A DNA stretch of 64,000 nt from assembly GCA_965203905.1 (NCBI GenBank), contig CBDBDQ010000005.1, positions 3,552,001-3,616,000 on the forward strand, given 5' to 3'. Within the stretch, counting starts at the first letter, position 1; each line of letters begins with the position of its first letter. Below are positions 37,660 through 47,779 of this stretch, one piece after another. This stretch comes from Spirochaetia bacterium. Lineage in GTDB: Bacteria > Spirochaetota > Spirochaetia > SZUA-6 > Bin103. A model generated the notes under the pieces. It was not told the DNA's origin and did no database searches. It was given only the letters and a program-made list of their open reading frames with translations. A program made the translations under genes and the position numbers.

Positions 37660-37934
37660 CAGCCGGCCGGGCAACGCTCCCGAATCTGGGCCACGACATC
37701 GGCGGCGGGTCGCACCTGGCCGGCATCGATCTGCCGGTTTCCGAGTGCCAGCATCTTCAGCAGCGCAACTGTCTCCTGCATCTGCTCGTAGCTGTCGATG
37801 CTCTGCATCACCGCCTTGGCTTCGCCATTCTGGGTGATGATCAACGGCTCGGGTTGGGCCGCTATGGTACGCACGAGCTCTGCTGCGTGCGCCTTCAGGT
37901 AGCTGATCGGCTTGATCTGACGAGAGAGTCTCAT
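37659..37934 (-). CDS. Phd/YefM-family antitoxin
   Basis: IKPISYLKAHAAELV...PLIITQNGEAKAVMQ. Confidence 0.88.
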   Translation of the reverse strand: MRLSRQIKPISYLKAHAAELVRTIAAQPEPLIITQNGEAKAVMQSIDSYEQMQETVALLKMLALGNRQIDAGQVRPAADVVAQIRERCPAG

Positions 37935-38011
37935 GCAGCGTCCTCGGTAGACTGAATGTGGTCCATATTCAGGCAGGATTGTCACCGGCTGCGGCGCGAG
38001 CCTCGCGCCGG

Positions 38012-39232
38012 TCAGTCGACGAGGGCCTGGTAGATGAGGGGCTTGAGGCGGCGGCGGAGCACGCGGGGCGGGCTGGCGGGGATGGCGCCGGAGTGGGTGA
38101 GCTGCGCGAACAGGATGACGCTCAGCTCCTCGAGGGGGTCGACCCAGAAGTAGGTGCCGGCCAGGCCGCCCCAGGCGAACTGGCCGGGGGAGTCGATCAC
38201 GTTGGCCGCGGCGGGGTCGAGGGCGACCGAGAAGCCGAGGCCGAAGCCGACGCCGGCGAACGGGGTTTCGCTGAACACCGGCTGTCCCATGGCGGCCAGG
38301 TCGCGGTTGCCGGGCAGGTGGTTGCAGGTCATGTATTCGACCGTCTTGCGGCCGAGCAAGCGGACGCCGTCCAGCTCGCCCTTGCCCAGCAGCATGTCGG
38401 CGAAGCGCCGGTAGTCGTCGATGGTCGAGACCATGCCGCCGCCGCCGGAGAGCATGGCGGGCGGAGCGAGGTAGCGGCTGGTGGCCGGGTCGTCGGTGAG
38501 GCAGTAGGCGGGGGCGCCCGGCTCGGCGGTCTCGCACTCGTAACAGGCGGCGAACCGACCGGCTTGGTCCGCGGGCACGGTGAAGCCGCTGTCGCGCATC
38601 CCCAGCGGCCCGGTGACGTGCTCGGCGATGTACTCGTCCAGCGGCCTGCCCGAGAGCACCTGCACCAGGTAGCCGACCACGTCGGTGGACATGCCGTACT
38701 GCCAGCGCGTGCCCGGCGAGAACTGCAGCGGCAACTCGCCGAGCGTGGCGATCACCGTCTCCAGCGAATCGTCGGCGGCGATGCGGGCCCGGTACAGCGC
38801 GTCCACCGGGTGGCTGTGCATGAAGCCGTAGGTGAGACCGGAAGTATGGGTGAGCAGGTCCTTGACGATCACCGCTCGGTCCGGCTCGCGCGTCCGGTAG
38901 TCGTGCTCGTCGCCGTCCGCGAACACCTGCAGGCGCTCCCAGGAGGGGATGTAGCGGCTCACGGGATCGTCCAACTGGAACGCGCCCCGCTCGTAGAGCT
39001 GCATCAGGGCCACGCTCGCGATCGGCTTGGTCATAGAGTAGATACGCACGATGGCGTCGCGCTCGAAACGCCGCCCGCGTTCCACGTCCATCAGGCCGCC
39101 GGCGAGAAACAGCGCTTCCCGGCCGCGCTGGGAGATCAGCAGCAGGTAGCCCGGCAGCTCGCCGTCGTCGACGTAGCGGCGCAGGACCGGCTCGATCCGG
39201 GCGAGCCGCTGATCGGAGAGTCCGTAAGCCAC
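38012..39232 (-). CDS. Serine hydrolase, beta-lactamase-like family
   Basis: RIYSMTKP (SxxK), DLLTHTSG, PGTRWQYG, WGGLAGT. Confidence 0.9.
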   Translation of the reverse strand: MAYGLSDQRLARIEPVLRRYVDDGELPGYLLLISQRGREALFLAGGLMDVERGRRFERDAIVRIYSMTKPIASVALMQLYERGAFQLDDPVSRYIPSWERLQVFADGDEHDYRTREPDRAVIVKDLLTHTSGLTYGFMHSHPVDALYRARIAADDSLETVIATLGELPLQFSPGTRWQYGMSTDVVGYLVQVLSGRPLDEYIAEHVTGPLGMRDSGFTVPADQAGRFAACYECETAEPGAPAYCLTDDPATSRYLAPPAMLSGGGGMVSTIDDYRRFADMLLGKGELDGVRLLGRKTVEYMTCNHLPGNRDLAAMGQPVFSETPFAGVGFGLGFSVALDPAAANVIDSPGQFAWGGLAGTYFWVDPLEELSVILFAQLTHSGAIPASPPRVLRRRLKPLIYQALVD

Positions 39233-39237
39233 GGCGG

Positions 39238-41796
39238 TCAGTGGGGTAGGTAGGCGTCGTGGATCTGCTCGGCGGCGACTCCTTCGGCGATCCAGCGGTC
39301 GATTTGAATGTCGTCGTGGCCCAGCTCGTGCAGGATCTCGCGGGTGTGGCTGCCGATCTTGGGCATCGGGTTGGTGAGGCGTAGCGAGGTGCCGGCTAAG
39401 CGCGCGTACGTGGGCGCCGGGTTGTCGACCGGGCTGCCAGCCGGGTGGTCGAGCAGGCGAATCACCGAAATCGACTCCCCGTCGCTCCACGAAGCGCGTT
39501 CGGCGTCGGTCAGCTCGCGCAGGCCGGTGCGGCGCAGGTCCTCGATGCAGTGGACGCGGTGGCAGCCGAACCCGGCGCCGTTGAACGCCCGTTCCCAATG
39601 GGCCAGCGGCTGCTCCGCGATGGCGGCCTGCAGCGCGGCGATGCGCGCCGGCTCAGCGGAAGGCTCGACCGGCGCCGCGGCCAGCTCCGGAATCCCGCGC
39701 AGCCGCGGCAGGTCCTCCGGCAGGCCGGTCAGCATCAGCCAGCCGTCGGCGGCGCGGTAGAGGTGCTCCAGGGAGTGCGCGCCGGGCGACTCCTGTCCCT
39801 GAGGGCCGTCGTCGGGCCGCGCCTCGGCGGTAGCCCACGCGAACGGGGCCTGCACCAGTTGTCCGCCTTGGGCGAGAGAAGTGAAGACCAGGTCGCCGCC
39901 ACCTTCGCGCTTGCGCCGCAGCAGGGCCAGGGCGATGCCGTAGCTGCCCGAGTAGCCGGTCAGGTAGTCGATGCAGGAGGCGAAGCCGTGCAACTCCGGC
40001 GGCTCGCCGGGCCCGCCGTAACGGCTCATGATGCCGGTGGCCGCCTGCAGCACGGGGTCGAAGCCGGGCAGCTCGGTCCAGGGCCCGCGCCGCGGACCGT
40101 TGAAAGCGGTCAGGTTGAGGTAGACGATATCGGGGTTGATGCGCGCCACGCTGGCGTAGTCGATGCCGAGCCGCTCGGCGACGCCGGGACGGAAGTTGTG
40201 CACGATCACGTCGGCGCCGGCGGCCAGTTGCTCGAACAGGCGCCTGCCCGCCTCCCGCTTGAGGTCCAGGATCATGCTGCGTTTGCCCTGGCCTACCTCC
40301 ACGTGCAGCATGCACGCGGTGCTGGGGGTGAAGTAGGGATCGGGTGCATCGATCTTGATCACCTCGGCGCCGTACTCCGCCAGGGTGCGGGCGCTGCAGG
40401 GGCCGGCCAGCACGGTGGACAGGTCGAGCACCTTGAGCCCCGTGAGGATGGGCGCCGTTCGTGAGCCGGATTGTGCGCCATCACCGTTGGCACCGGGCCC
40501 GTTCGCGGCCGCGGCGGCGGCCGCGCGCTCGGCGCTGTCCGCCAGCAAAGCGGTGAGGTCGGCGGGCCGGGCCGGCCGCGGAAGGTGCCAGCGAGGGTCG
40601 GTGCGCCCCACCGAGGTCTGTACTCCGAGCTGGCGAATCGCGCCATGTACCGGGTCCTCCACCTCCACGGTGAGCGCGGCGGCGTCGGTTTCCGGCCGCT
40701 GCAACCACTCCTGCGTAGTGCGGTGGACGGTGAATGGTACCCCGTGCTCGCGCATGACCGGCGTCCACGCGTCGGCCGGCCGCTGCCGGAAGGCGTCCGC
40801 AATCCGGTCCCGGACCGCCAGCTTCCATTGCTTCGACAGGCCGTCGATGTCCTGCAGGTTGTTGGGCCGGGTGAGGTCGGCGTAGGGCGGCAGATCGACC
40901 ATGCCCTCGGCCAGCAGCCGGTCGTAGATGCCGAGCGCCTTGACGAGCTGCACCGAGTTGCGGCGGCTGTTGCCGGCGAGCAGGAACACCCAGACGCCGT
41001 CGCCCGCCTGGTAGCTTTCGAACATCGGCGGTTGCAAGGGGCGCAGCCGGTCGATCAGGCGGCGGCGCTCGGCCGCGTCGGCCTGGCACATCCGCTCGCG
41101 CAGCTCGTCGTTGGCCGGGTTGGGACGCTTGCCGTAGCGTGCCGGCGGATCCGCCACGCGTAGCAGGAAGGCGCCCATGGCCGACATCGCTGCGCCGGCC
41201 AGCGGCACCTCGATCACCTCGCCGCGGCCGCTCTCCTCGCGGGCGTAGAGCCCCAGGGTCACCGCCAGCGCGCCGTGGACGGCGCCGTAGGCGGACGCGA
41301 GCGGGATCGGCGTGTACTGCGGCGGCGCCTCCAGCTCGCGGCGGATCGCGTGCAGGTCGGTGAACAGGCCGGTGGCGGCGCCCAGCACCCCTTCGAAGGC
41401 GCGCAGCGACGCGCGTTCCTCGCCGGCGCCGAAGCCGGGCAACGACAGGTACACCAGCCGCGGGTTGGCCGCCGTCATGGCGGCCGGTCCCAGTCCCAGG
41501 CGCTGCATCACGCCGGGGCGGAAGTTCTCTATCACCACGTCCGCCCCGGCCACCAGTTGTAGGGCGGCGTCGCGGCCGGCGGCGCTCTTCAGGTCCAGCT
41601 CCAGCACCTGCTTGCCGCGGTTGAACACCGCGCCCGCGGGGGTGGCGCAGGAGGGGTGGCCGGGGCGATCCACCTTGATCACCTCGGCGCCCTGGTCCGC
41701 CAGCAGCATGCCGGCCAGCGGACCCGCGAGGTAGTGGCCAAAGTCTATGACCCGATAGCCCGCCAGCGGCGGGAGGTCCCCTGTCGATGCCGTCAC
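39238..41796 (-). CDS. Class III CoA-transferase (CaiB/BaiF), two fused domains
   Basis: Two copies of the motif set AGP...LA(D/E)(Q/Y)GAEVIK and (E/H)NFRPG. Confidence 0.9.
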   Translation of the reverse strand: MTASTGDLPPLAGYRVIDFGHYLAGPLAGMLLADQGAEVIKVDRPGHPSCATPAGAVFNRGKQVLELDLKSAAGRDAALQLVAGADVVIENFRPGVMQRLGLGPAAMTAANPRLVYLSLPGFGAGEERASLRAFEGVLGAATGLFTDLHAIRRELEAPPQYTPIPLASAYGAVHGALAVTLGLYAREESGRGEVIEVPLAGAAMSAMGAFLLRVADPPARYGKRPNPANDELRERMCQADAAERRRLIDRLRPLQPPMFESYQAGDGVWVFLLAGNSRRNSVQLVKALGIYDRLLAEGMVDLPPYADLTRPNNLQDIDGLSKQWKLAVRDRIADAFRQRPADAWTPVMREHGVPFTVHRTTQEWLQRPETDAAALTVEVEDPVHGAIRQLGVQTSVGRTDPRWHLPRPARPADLTALLADSAERAAAAAAANGPGANGDGAQSGSRTAPILTGLKVLDLSTVLAGPCSARTLAEYGAEVIKIDAPDPYFTPSTACMLHVEVGQGKRSMILDLKREAGRRLFEQLAAGADVIVHNFRPGVAERLGIDYASVARINPDIVYLNLTAFNGPRRGPWTELPGFDPVLQAATGIMSRYGGPGEPPELHGFASCIDYLTGYSGSYGIALALLRRKREGGGDLVFTSLAQGGQLVQAPFAWATAEARPDDGPQGQESPGAHSLEHLYRAADGWLMLTGLPEDLPRLRGIPELAAAPVEPSAEPARIAALQAAIAEQPLAHWERAFNGAGFGCHRVHCIEDLRRTGLRELTDAERASWSDGESISVIRLLDHPAGSPVDNPAPTYARLAGTSLRLTNPMPKIGSHTREILHELGHDDIQIDRWIAEGVAAEQIHDAYLPH

Positions 41797-42369
41797 GGCT
41801 CCGGAGCATAGCCAGACGCGGCGCAGGTGTCGAGGTTGCCCTCGTGGTGCGAGCGGCGCGCCGGCCACCAGCGCGGGCCGCCGGCCTGCTCGCGGAGCGA
41901 CGAATCCACACGAAGTGAGTGCGGTGCCGATCCTGTTGCTCCACGACGTGCTGCTGGAGGCTGACCAGGGAGCGCCGGCCGGCGGGATAGGCTATGGTCG
42001 CGCCACCATGGAAGAACGGGGTGACGAGTGCGCCCGAGACTGCGGCCGGGTTCGTCTCGATGGCGGTGTTGGCGCAACTTACCGACACGATCTTCGGCCG
42101 ACGGATCGCGGCGGCGATGCAGCAGGCAACCCGCGCCCCGCTGTCCGCCGACGACAAGAAATCCGCAGAAAGTTGCAGAAAACACTTGACGCCTTCTGAT
42201 GCGCTCATGGCGGCCTTCTACGGGCCGTTCCGCCGCTTCCGACTCTCCAGAAAACACTTCGCGCCCGCTGGCTCGATAGCGCCCCGCTACGCCCGTCCTG
42301 AGCCATCTCCGAAACCCGTCCGAGACCTGGAAGTTCGTGGCATTTTCAATCCAGTGGTATATTTACGCC

Positions 42370-43770
42370 ATGCCGAACGTGACCGAAGCAGCCTCCGAAG
42401 AGCTCTTGTCCACCGTCACCGTGCTCACTGATCAGGTGCTGCTGGAGCGGACCAAAATGCTCGCCCGCCACGAGCAGGCGCTCCAGCTCTGCGTCCTCGA
42501 CCACCTGCGCGAGATCGAGGCGCGGCGCCTGTACCTGCGCCTCGGCTACTCCAGCCTGTTCGACTACGCCGTGCGCGAGTTGCGCTATACCGAGGCAGCC
42601 GCGTGGCGCCGTATCAAGGCCATGCGCCTGTGCCGCGAGACCCGCGGCGTCCGCGAGTGGCTGCAGGACGGCTCACTCAACCTCAGCAACGCCGCCCTGT
42701 TGCAGAACTGTTTCGAGCGCTGGGACCGCAATGGAGGCGGACCGACCGCTGCCGGATCGCCGGGAGCCGAAGCCAACGTCGCGCCGCGTGCCGGCTCAGC
42801 TCCATCCGCGCCGGCGGGCGAGGCGGAGGGTTCGCCATCGCCGGTGCTGGATGCACACGCCCGGCAGCGGCTGGTGGAGCAGGCGGTGGGCAAGAGCACA
42901 CGCCAGGTGCAACAGATGTTGGCAGACGTGGATCCCGAGGCAGTGGCGCCCGCCGAGCGGCTGCGTGCGCTGGGGGACGGGCGCTGGGAGCTGAAGACAG
43001 TGATCGACGCCGAGTGCCAGCGTGGACTGCAGCAGTTGCGGGAGCTGTTGTCCCACGTCGATCCGCACCTGACGGTCGGGCAACTCGTGGGGCGGCTGGT
43101 GCGGGAGGGACTGGACCGCTACGACCCGAGCCGCCCCCCGCGCCGGAAGCGGAAGTCCGATTCTGCGGGTGTCGAGGGTTCGTCGGGGACAGCGGCGCCG
43201 GAGACGGCAGAGCGCGTCGTGGCTGTGGCGGCGAACCCGCGTCGATCCGGGAGGTCCGCGAAGCAGACGGCACACGGCACGGCGGCTGACTTGCCGGGAG
43301 ACTCGGGCTCCAGGGCAGCTTCGCCCAAGAGAGGACTCGGGCGGGCGCTGGGCAGCCGTACTTCGGCGCCGAAGCGCGTTGCGCGGTGTGCGGATCGCGG
43401 CAGCAACGCCGGCGCCGCGGCGGCGACAGAGCCGACTTCGGCGCCGAAGCCGCGCATGACAGCCGGAAGATGCGCTGGGTCAGCGAAGCGTACTTCGACG
43501 CGGAAGCCGCGTGTCGCGTCCGGGAGATCGATTCCGGCTGCGGTCAAACGAGAGGTTTGGCGACGCGATCAGGGCTGCTGCACCTACGTCGACCGGCACA
43601 CCGGGCGGCGCTGCGGCTCACGGTTCTTCCTGGAGCTGGATCACATCGTTCCCGTCGCGGTGGGCGGCGGTGCGGAGCCGGGGAACTTGGCATTGCGCTG
43701 TGCGGCTCACCACCGTTATCGGCACAGTCGTCCGGGACAGCGCTCCGCAGCGCGAGACTCGGTGACGTGA
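42370..43770 (+). CDS. HNH endonuclease with DUF222-like N-terminus and repetitive linker
   Basis: IPAAVKREVWRRDQGCCTY...CGS...LELDHIVPVAVGG...NLALRCAAHH; LGYSSLFDY; TSAPK-like linker repeats. Confidence 0.85.
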   Translation: MPNVTEAASEELLSTVTVLTDQVLLERTKMLARHEQALQLCVLDHLREIEARRLYLRLGYSSLFDYAVRELRYTEAAAWRRIKAMRLCRETRGVREWLQDGSLNLSNAALLQNCFERWDRNGGGPTAAGSPGAEANVAPRAGSAPSAPAGEAEGSPSPVLDAHARQRLVEQAVGKSTRQVQQMLADVDPEAVAPAERLRALGDGRWELKTVIDAECQRGLQQLRELLSHVDPHLTVGQLVGRLVREGLDRYDPSRPPRRKRKSDSAGVEGSSGTAAPETAERVVAVAANPRRSGRSAKQTAHGTAADLPGDSGSRAASPKRGLGRALGSRTSAPKRVARCADRGSNAGAAAATEPTSAPKPRMTAGRCAGSAKRTSTRKPRVASGRSIPAAVKREVWRRDQGCCTYVDRHTGRRCGSRFFLELDHIVPVAVGGGAEPGNLALRCAAHHRYRHSRPGQRSAARDSVT

Positions 43771-43971
43771 GCGCCGCGGCGGCAAGCTCCGCGGGGTGAT
43801 CAGATCGCCGGTCTGCGGCGGCGGCGTACGGGTGCGGAGCCGAGGACTACGCGCGACTTCGATGTCGTCGTCCGCGGCGAGCTGGTTCCGGATCTGGCCT
43901 TCACCCGTCGTGTGGGGCGTCGGTAGCGCTGGCCGGGCCTCATCCGCGGCCGCCCGTTCGTGTGGCTTCTT

Positions 43972-44125
43972 CGCGCGGCACCGCGCGGCACCGCGCGGCA
44001 CCGCGCGGGCGGTCGGCGCGGGTGGTCGGCGCGGGCACCGAGGCGGGCGCCCGGCGCGGGCACCGGGGCGGGCACGGGCGCGGGCGGTCGGGGCGGGCAC
44101 CGGGGCGGGCGGCCGGCGCGCCGCC
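43972..44125. repeat. GC-rich tandem repeats
   Basis: (CGCGCGGCAC) x3.7 at 43972-44008, followed by degenerate GCGGGCACCG units. Confidence 0.75.
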
Positions 44126-44170
44126 GCAGGTTTACAGTGCAAGGCGCTTGGGGTACCGTCGCGCTCGATT

Positions 44171-45862
44171 ATGGCAACTATGACTGGCGCTCGTTACGTC
44201 GCCGAGATGGCCCACGGCTATGGCATCACCCACGTGTTCTTCATGCCGTTCATCGGCCCGCGTGCGCTGATGGAGATGGAGAAGCTGGGCATGCTTCGCG
44301 TTCAGACCCACGGCGAGAAGGCCGCCGCGTACATGGCGGACGCCTACGCCCGCGTCAAACGCGGCCCCAGCCTGTGCATGGCGCAGTCGGTGGGCGCGGT
44401 GAACCTCGCGGCCGGGCTGCAGGACGCGTTCCTGGCCTGCTCGCCGGTGATCGCGCTGACGGGGCGCGAGCTGGCGATCAGCCAGCAGCGCCACGCCTAC
44501 CAGGAGGTGGACCACGTCAGGCCGTTCACCACGGTAGCCAAGTACAGTGCCCTCGTCCGCAGCCCGGACCTGCTGCCGATCTACCTGCGCCAGGCGTTCC
44601 GCGCCGCCACCACCGGCACCCCGGGGCCGGCGCACCTCGACCTGGACGGGCTTGCCGGCCAGGCGGTGTTCGACAAGGAGGCCGACCTGGAGGTGATCGT
44701 CGAGGAGCCGTTCACCCGGGTGCCGGCGTTCCGCCCCGAGGCGGACGCCGACCAGGTCGCGCAGGCCCTCAGCCGCCTCGCCCGCGCACAGCGGCCGGTG
44801 ATCGTGGCCGGCGGCGGCGTCACCGCCTCGGATGCCCGCGCCGAGCTGATCGCGTTTGCCGAGAAGCTGTCGCTTCCGGTGGCCACCGCGCTGAACGCCA
44901 AGGCGATGTTCCCGGCCGATCACCCGCTGGCGGTGGGCATGCCGGGGAACTACTCCCGCGAGTGCGCCAACCGCATCCTGTGCGAAGCGGACCTGGTGTT
45001 CTTCATCGGCAGCCACGCCGGCGGCCAGGTCACCCACGGCTACCGGATTCCCCCGCAGGGCACGCCGGTGATGCAGCTCGACATCAACGGCGAGGAGCTG
45101 GGCCGCAACTACGCCCTCGACGTCGGCCTGCAGGGCGACGTGCGCAATACGCTGCGCCGCATGCTCGCTGCTGCCGATGCCGGCGGTGGTGCCGCCCCCG
45201 ACCGGTCCGCGTGGGTTGCCCGCGTGCAGGAGCTGGTCGCGGCGTGGAAGGAAGACGTACGCGGCGTGTGGGAGTCTGATATCGAGCCGATGCGGCCGGA
45301 GCGGCTGTGCGGCGAGCTGTCTGACTACCTGCCCGACGACGTGATCCTGGTGTCCGACACCGGCCATTCCGGGGTGTGGACCGGCACCATGCTCGACCTG
45401 ACTCATCCCGGCCAGAGTTTCATCCGCTGCGCGGGCTCACTCGGCTGGGGATTGCCGGCGGCGATGGGCGCCAAGTGCGCCGCCCCCGACCGCCCGGTGC
45501 TGTGCTTCACCGGCGACGGCGGCATCTGGTATCACATCGCCGAGCTGGAGACCGCCCTCAAGTACAACCTGAACACGGTGACCGTGGTCAACAACAACCA
45601 CTCCCTGAACCAGGAGAAGGGCGGCAACGAGGTGGTCTACGGCGGCCAGACACCAGGCTCGGACGAGTTGTGGATCTTCCCGGATGCCGACTTCGCCGCC
45701 ATCGCCCGCTCGATGGGCTGTTTCGGGATCACCGTGAACCGCATCGGCGAATTGCGCGACGCCCTCGACCAGGCGTTCGCCTCCGGGCAACCGGCGGTGG
45801 TGGACGTCAAGACCCACCTGGACGGCATCGCCCCCGGGGCCTGGCTCCCCGGCGGGGGTTAG
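44171..45862 (+). CDS. Thiamine pyrophosphate enzyme, acetolactate synthase large subunit-like
   Basis: HGEKAAAYMADAYAR, GSLGWGLPAAMGA, TGDGG...NN. Confidence 0.92.
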   Translation: MATMTGARYVAEMAHGYGITHVFFMPFIGPRALMEMEKLGMLRVQTHGEKAAAYMADAYARVKRGPSLCMAQSVGAVNLAAGLQDAFLACSPVIALTGRELAISQQRHAYQEVDHVRPFTTVAKYSALVRSPDLLPIYLRQAFRAATTGTPGPAHLDLDGLAGQAVFDKEADLEVIVEEPFTRVPAFRPEADADQVAQALSRLARAQRPVIVAGGGVTASDARAELIAFAEKLSLPVATALNAKAMFPADHPLAVGMPGNYSRECANRILCEADLVFFIGSHAGGQVTHGYRIPPQGTPVMQLDINGEELGRNYALDVGLQGDVRNTLRRMLAAADAGGGAAPDRSAWVARVQELVAAWKEDVRGVWESDIEPMRPERLCGELSDYLPDDVILVSDTGHSGVWTGTMLDLTHPGQSFIRCAGSLGWGLPAAMGAKCAAPDRPVLCFTGDGGIWYHIAELETALKYNLNTVTVVNNNHSLNQEKGGNEVVYGGQTPGSDELWIFPDADFAAIARSMGCFGITVNRIGELRDALDQAFASGQPAVVDVKTHLDGIAPGAWLPGGG

Positions 45863-45871
45863 ACCGGCCCT

Positions 45872-46546
45872 TCAGCGGGGTTCTCTGGGATCCTCCGCGG
45901 GCGGCGGATCAGCCGGAGATGGTGGGTCGGTGGCAGACGGTGGATCGGTCCCGGACGGTGGATCGGTCTCGGACGGAGGATCGGGGGGTGGCAGGGGCCC
46001 GTGCGGGCCCTGAAGCCGGGGCCGGTCCGCGGGCTCGGACGGGTCCGCCTGCTGCGCGGATTCTTCCTCCTGCTGCGGTCCCTGGTCGTCGAACGCGATG
46101 TCGCAGAACTTCGCCAGCTTGACGGCGGAGTCCCTGACCTCCCGCAACGAGGCCCCCTTCACCATGTCCAGCCCGTAGGAATTGCCGTCAAGGTCCACCA
46201 CCGACAGGATTGCGGCGGCGCGGCTGACGGCACGCACCATCCGCGGCCGCTCGTGGTGGGCGGGACCGACCTCGCGCAGCACCACCCGCTGCAGCCGGTC
46301 GAGGGGCAGCTTCTTGCGCGTGTGGAGGAACAGCAGGCCGACGTTCTTCTCGAACAGGTTGGTGTCCTTGTCGAACACCCAGCGCTCCAGGTACAGCGCC
46401 CCGAACACGCTGAGCGCGAGGAAGATGATCACCACCACGTTGGGCTGGCGCATGCTGACGATCAGGAACACCGCAATGGCGGCAAACACCACCCGGAAGC
46501 CGATCGAGGTGGAGTAGACCAGGCGCCGCTCCGACACCTGCCGCAT
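45872..46546 (-). CDS. Two-TM membrane protein with Pro-rich tail (18-bp DPPSxT repeats)
   Basis: Hydrophobic segments VVFAAIAVFLIV and VVVIIFLALSVFGALY; repeats at ~45900-45990. Confidence 0.75.
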   Translation of the reverse strand: MRQVSERRLVYSTSIGFRVVFAAIAVFLIVSMRQPNVVVIIFLALSVFGALYLERWVFDKDTNLFEKNVGLLFLHTRKKLPLDRLQRVVLREVGPAHHERPRMVRAVSRAAAILSVVDLDGNSYGLDMVKGASLREVRDSAVKLAKFCDIAFDDQGPQQEEESAQQADPSEPADRPRLQGPHGPLPPPDPPSETDPPSGTDPPSATDPPSPADPPPAEDPREPR

Positions 46547-46563
46547 AACTGGATTGAACAACC

Positions 46564-47670
46564 TCAACTCCTCGCGGCGGATCGCGTCGCACCGGCGCTC
46601 CCGCCGAGCTGCAGCCAGCTCAGCGTGTCGGGCACCAGTTGCCGCCATTGCGCCGTGATCGCAGCGCTTTCCTCGGCGCCGAGCTTCCCCGCGCGCACGT
46701 CGTCGTAGGAGTAGGGAACGCCGTGCTGCACGCGATGGGTCAGCGCCCGGTCCCACAGCGTGCTCCACAGGTAGGGGTTGCGCAGCTCGCTCTCCGGGGC
46801 GCTGCGGCTGCGCGCCACGAAGCCGGGCAGGAACGGCCGCCCGCTGGTTTCCCCGACCGGCAGGTAGCGGAAGTTGAACGCCCACCGGTAGTCGTCGGCA
46901 CTGGTGTTGTGGGTGGCGCTGTGCAGCAGCTTGTTGTCCAGGAACAGGACATCGCCGGGACTCATGGGAACGGTGATGGCGTCGTCGTCGAAGCCCTCGG
47001 GAAACGGCTCCTTGTACACCCCCGAGGTGTGGCTGCCGGGTATCACCATCAGGCAGCCGTTTTCCGCGTTGGTCTCGGTGAGCGGTATCCAGGCGTTGAC
47101 GATGTGGCTGTCATGCGAGTCGCGCAACCCCGATATGGCATCCATGTGCCAGTCGGTCTTGCCGATCTGGAAGTGGTAGAACTTCTCCAGCGCCGGGTTG
47201 TCCTGTCCGGCAGCCTTGGCGACCGCCTCCACCTCCTGCAGGTGGCGCTGCGCCAGCTTCACGTTGACGTGGTAGATGGGCGAGGCGAGGATCTCCGGGC
47301 CGATCAGCGACTCCAGCACGTCGAGCAGCCGCGGGTGGCGCATGGCGGCGAACAGCTCCGGCGTCTGCGCGGTCGGCAGGTCGCGGCGCCACTGGAAATT
47401 CTCCAGATAGATGTTGAGCACCGGATCGAGGTGATGCATCGCCGCGCCGCCGCTGGCTCCCAGCATGATCGCGAAGCGACGTGCCAGGGGCAGCCGGGCG
47501 TAGCCGTCGACGGGCGTGGGATGGTTCTCGGTCAGATAGACGTACGCGAGAGCGTCGATCAACCTGCTGTAGGACTCCCTGAGATATCGGATGTCGCGCT
47601 GCGGGTCGAGCAGCCCGCGGAGCAGCAGGTAGCCGTCGGTTGCGTAGCTGGATGCGTGATTGTCGGACAT
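46564..47670 (-). CDS. PhyH family dioxygenase
   Basis: YATDGY, DWHMD, WIPLTE...NGCL...PGSH, LHSA. Confidence 0.88.
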   Translation of the reverse strand: MSDNHASSYATDGYLLLRGLLDPQRDIRYLRESYSRLIDALAYVYLTENHPTPVDGYARLPLARRFAIMLGASGGAAMHHLDPVLNIYLENFQWRRDLPTAQTPELFAAMRHPRLLDVLESLIGPEILASPIYHVNVKLAQRHLQEVEAVAKAAGQDNPALEKFYHFQIGKTDWHMDAISGLRDSHDSHIVNAWIPLTETNAENGCLMVIPGSHTSGVYKEPFPEGFDDDAITVPMSPGDVLFLDNKLLHSATHNTSADDYRWAFNFRYLPVGETSGRPFLPGFVARSRSAPESELRNPYLWSTLWDRALTHRVQHGVPYSYDDVRAGKLGAEESAAITAQWRQLVPDTLSWLQLGGSAGATRSAARS

Positions 47671-47779
47671 CGGACCCCCTGAGCGCATACGATGCTGTGA
47701 CGGCGCCTGCTGGTCAACCGTCCACGCCGCTGCCGCCGTGTGGACGCCGGACCGTGTGGTGACTACCCTGGGCTCACTC

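Noticed and set aside
38012-39232. Antibiotic-resistance beta-lactamase
   Set aside because: No signal peptide, and it is coupled to a CoA-transferase; fits a cytoplasmic esterase-type serine hydrolase.
43972-45990. CRISPR-like arrays at the 10-bp repeats (43972) or 18-bp repeats (~45920)
   Set aside because: Tandem units without unique spacers, one set is coding, and there are no cas genes in the window.
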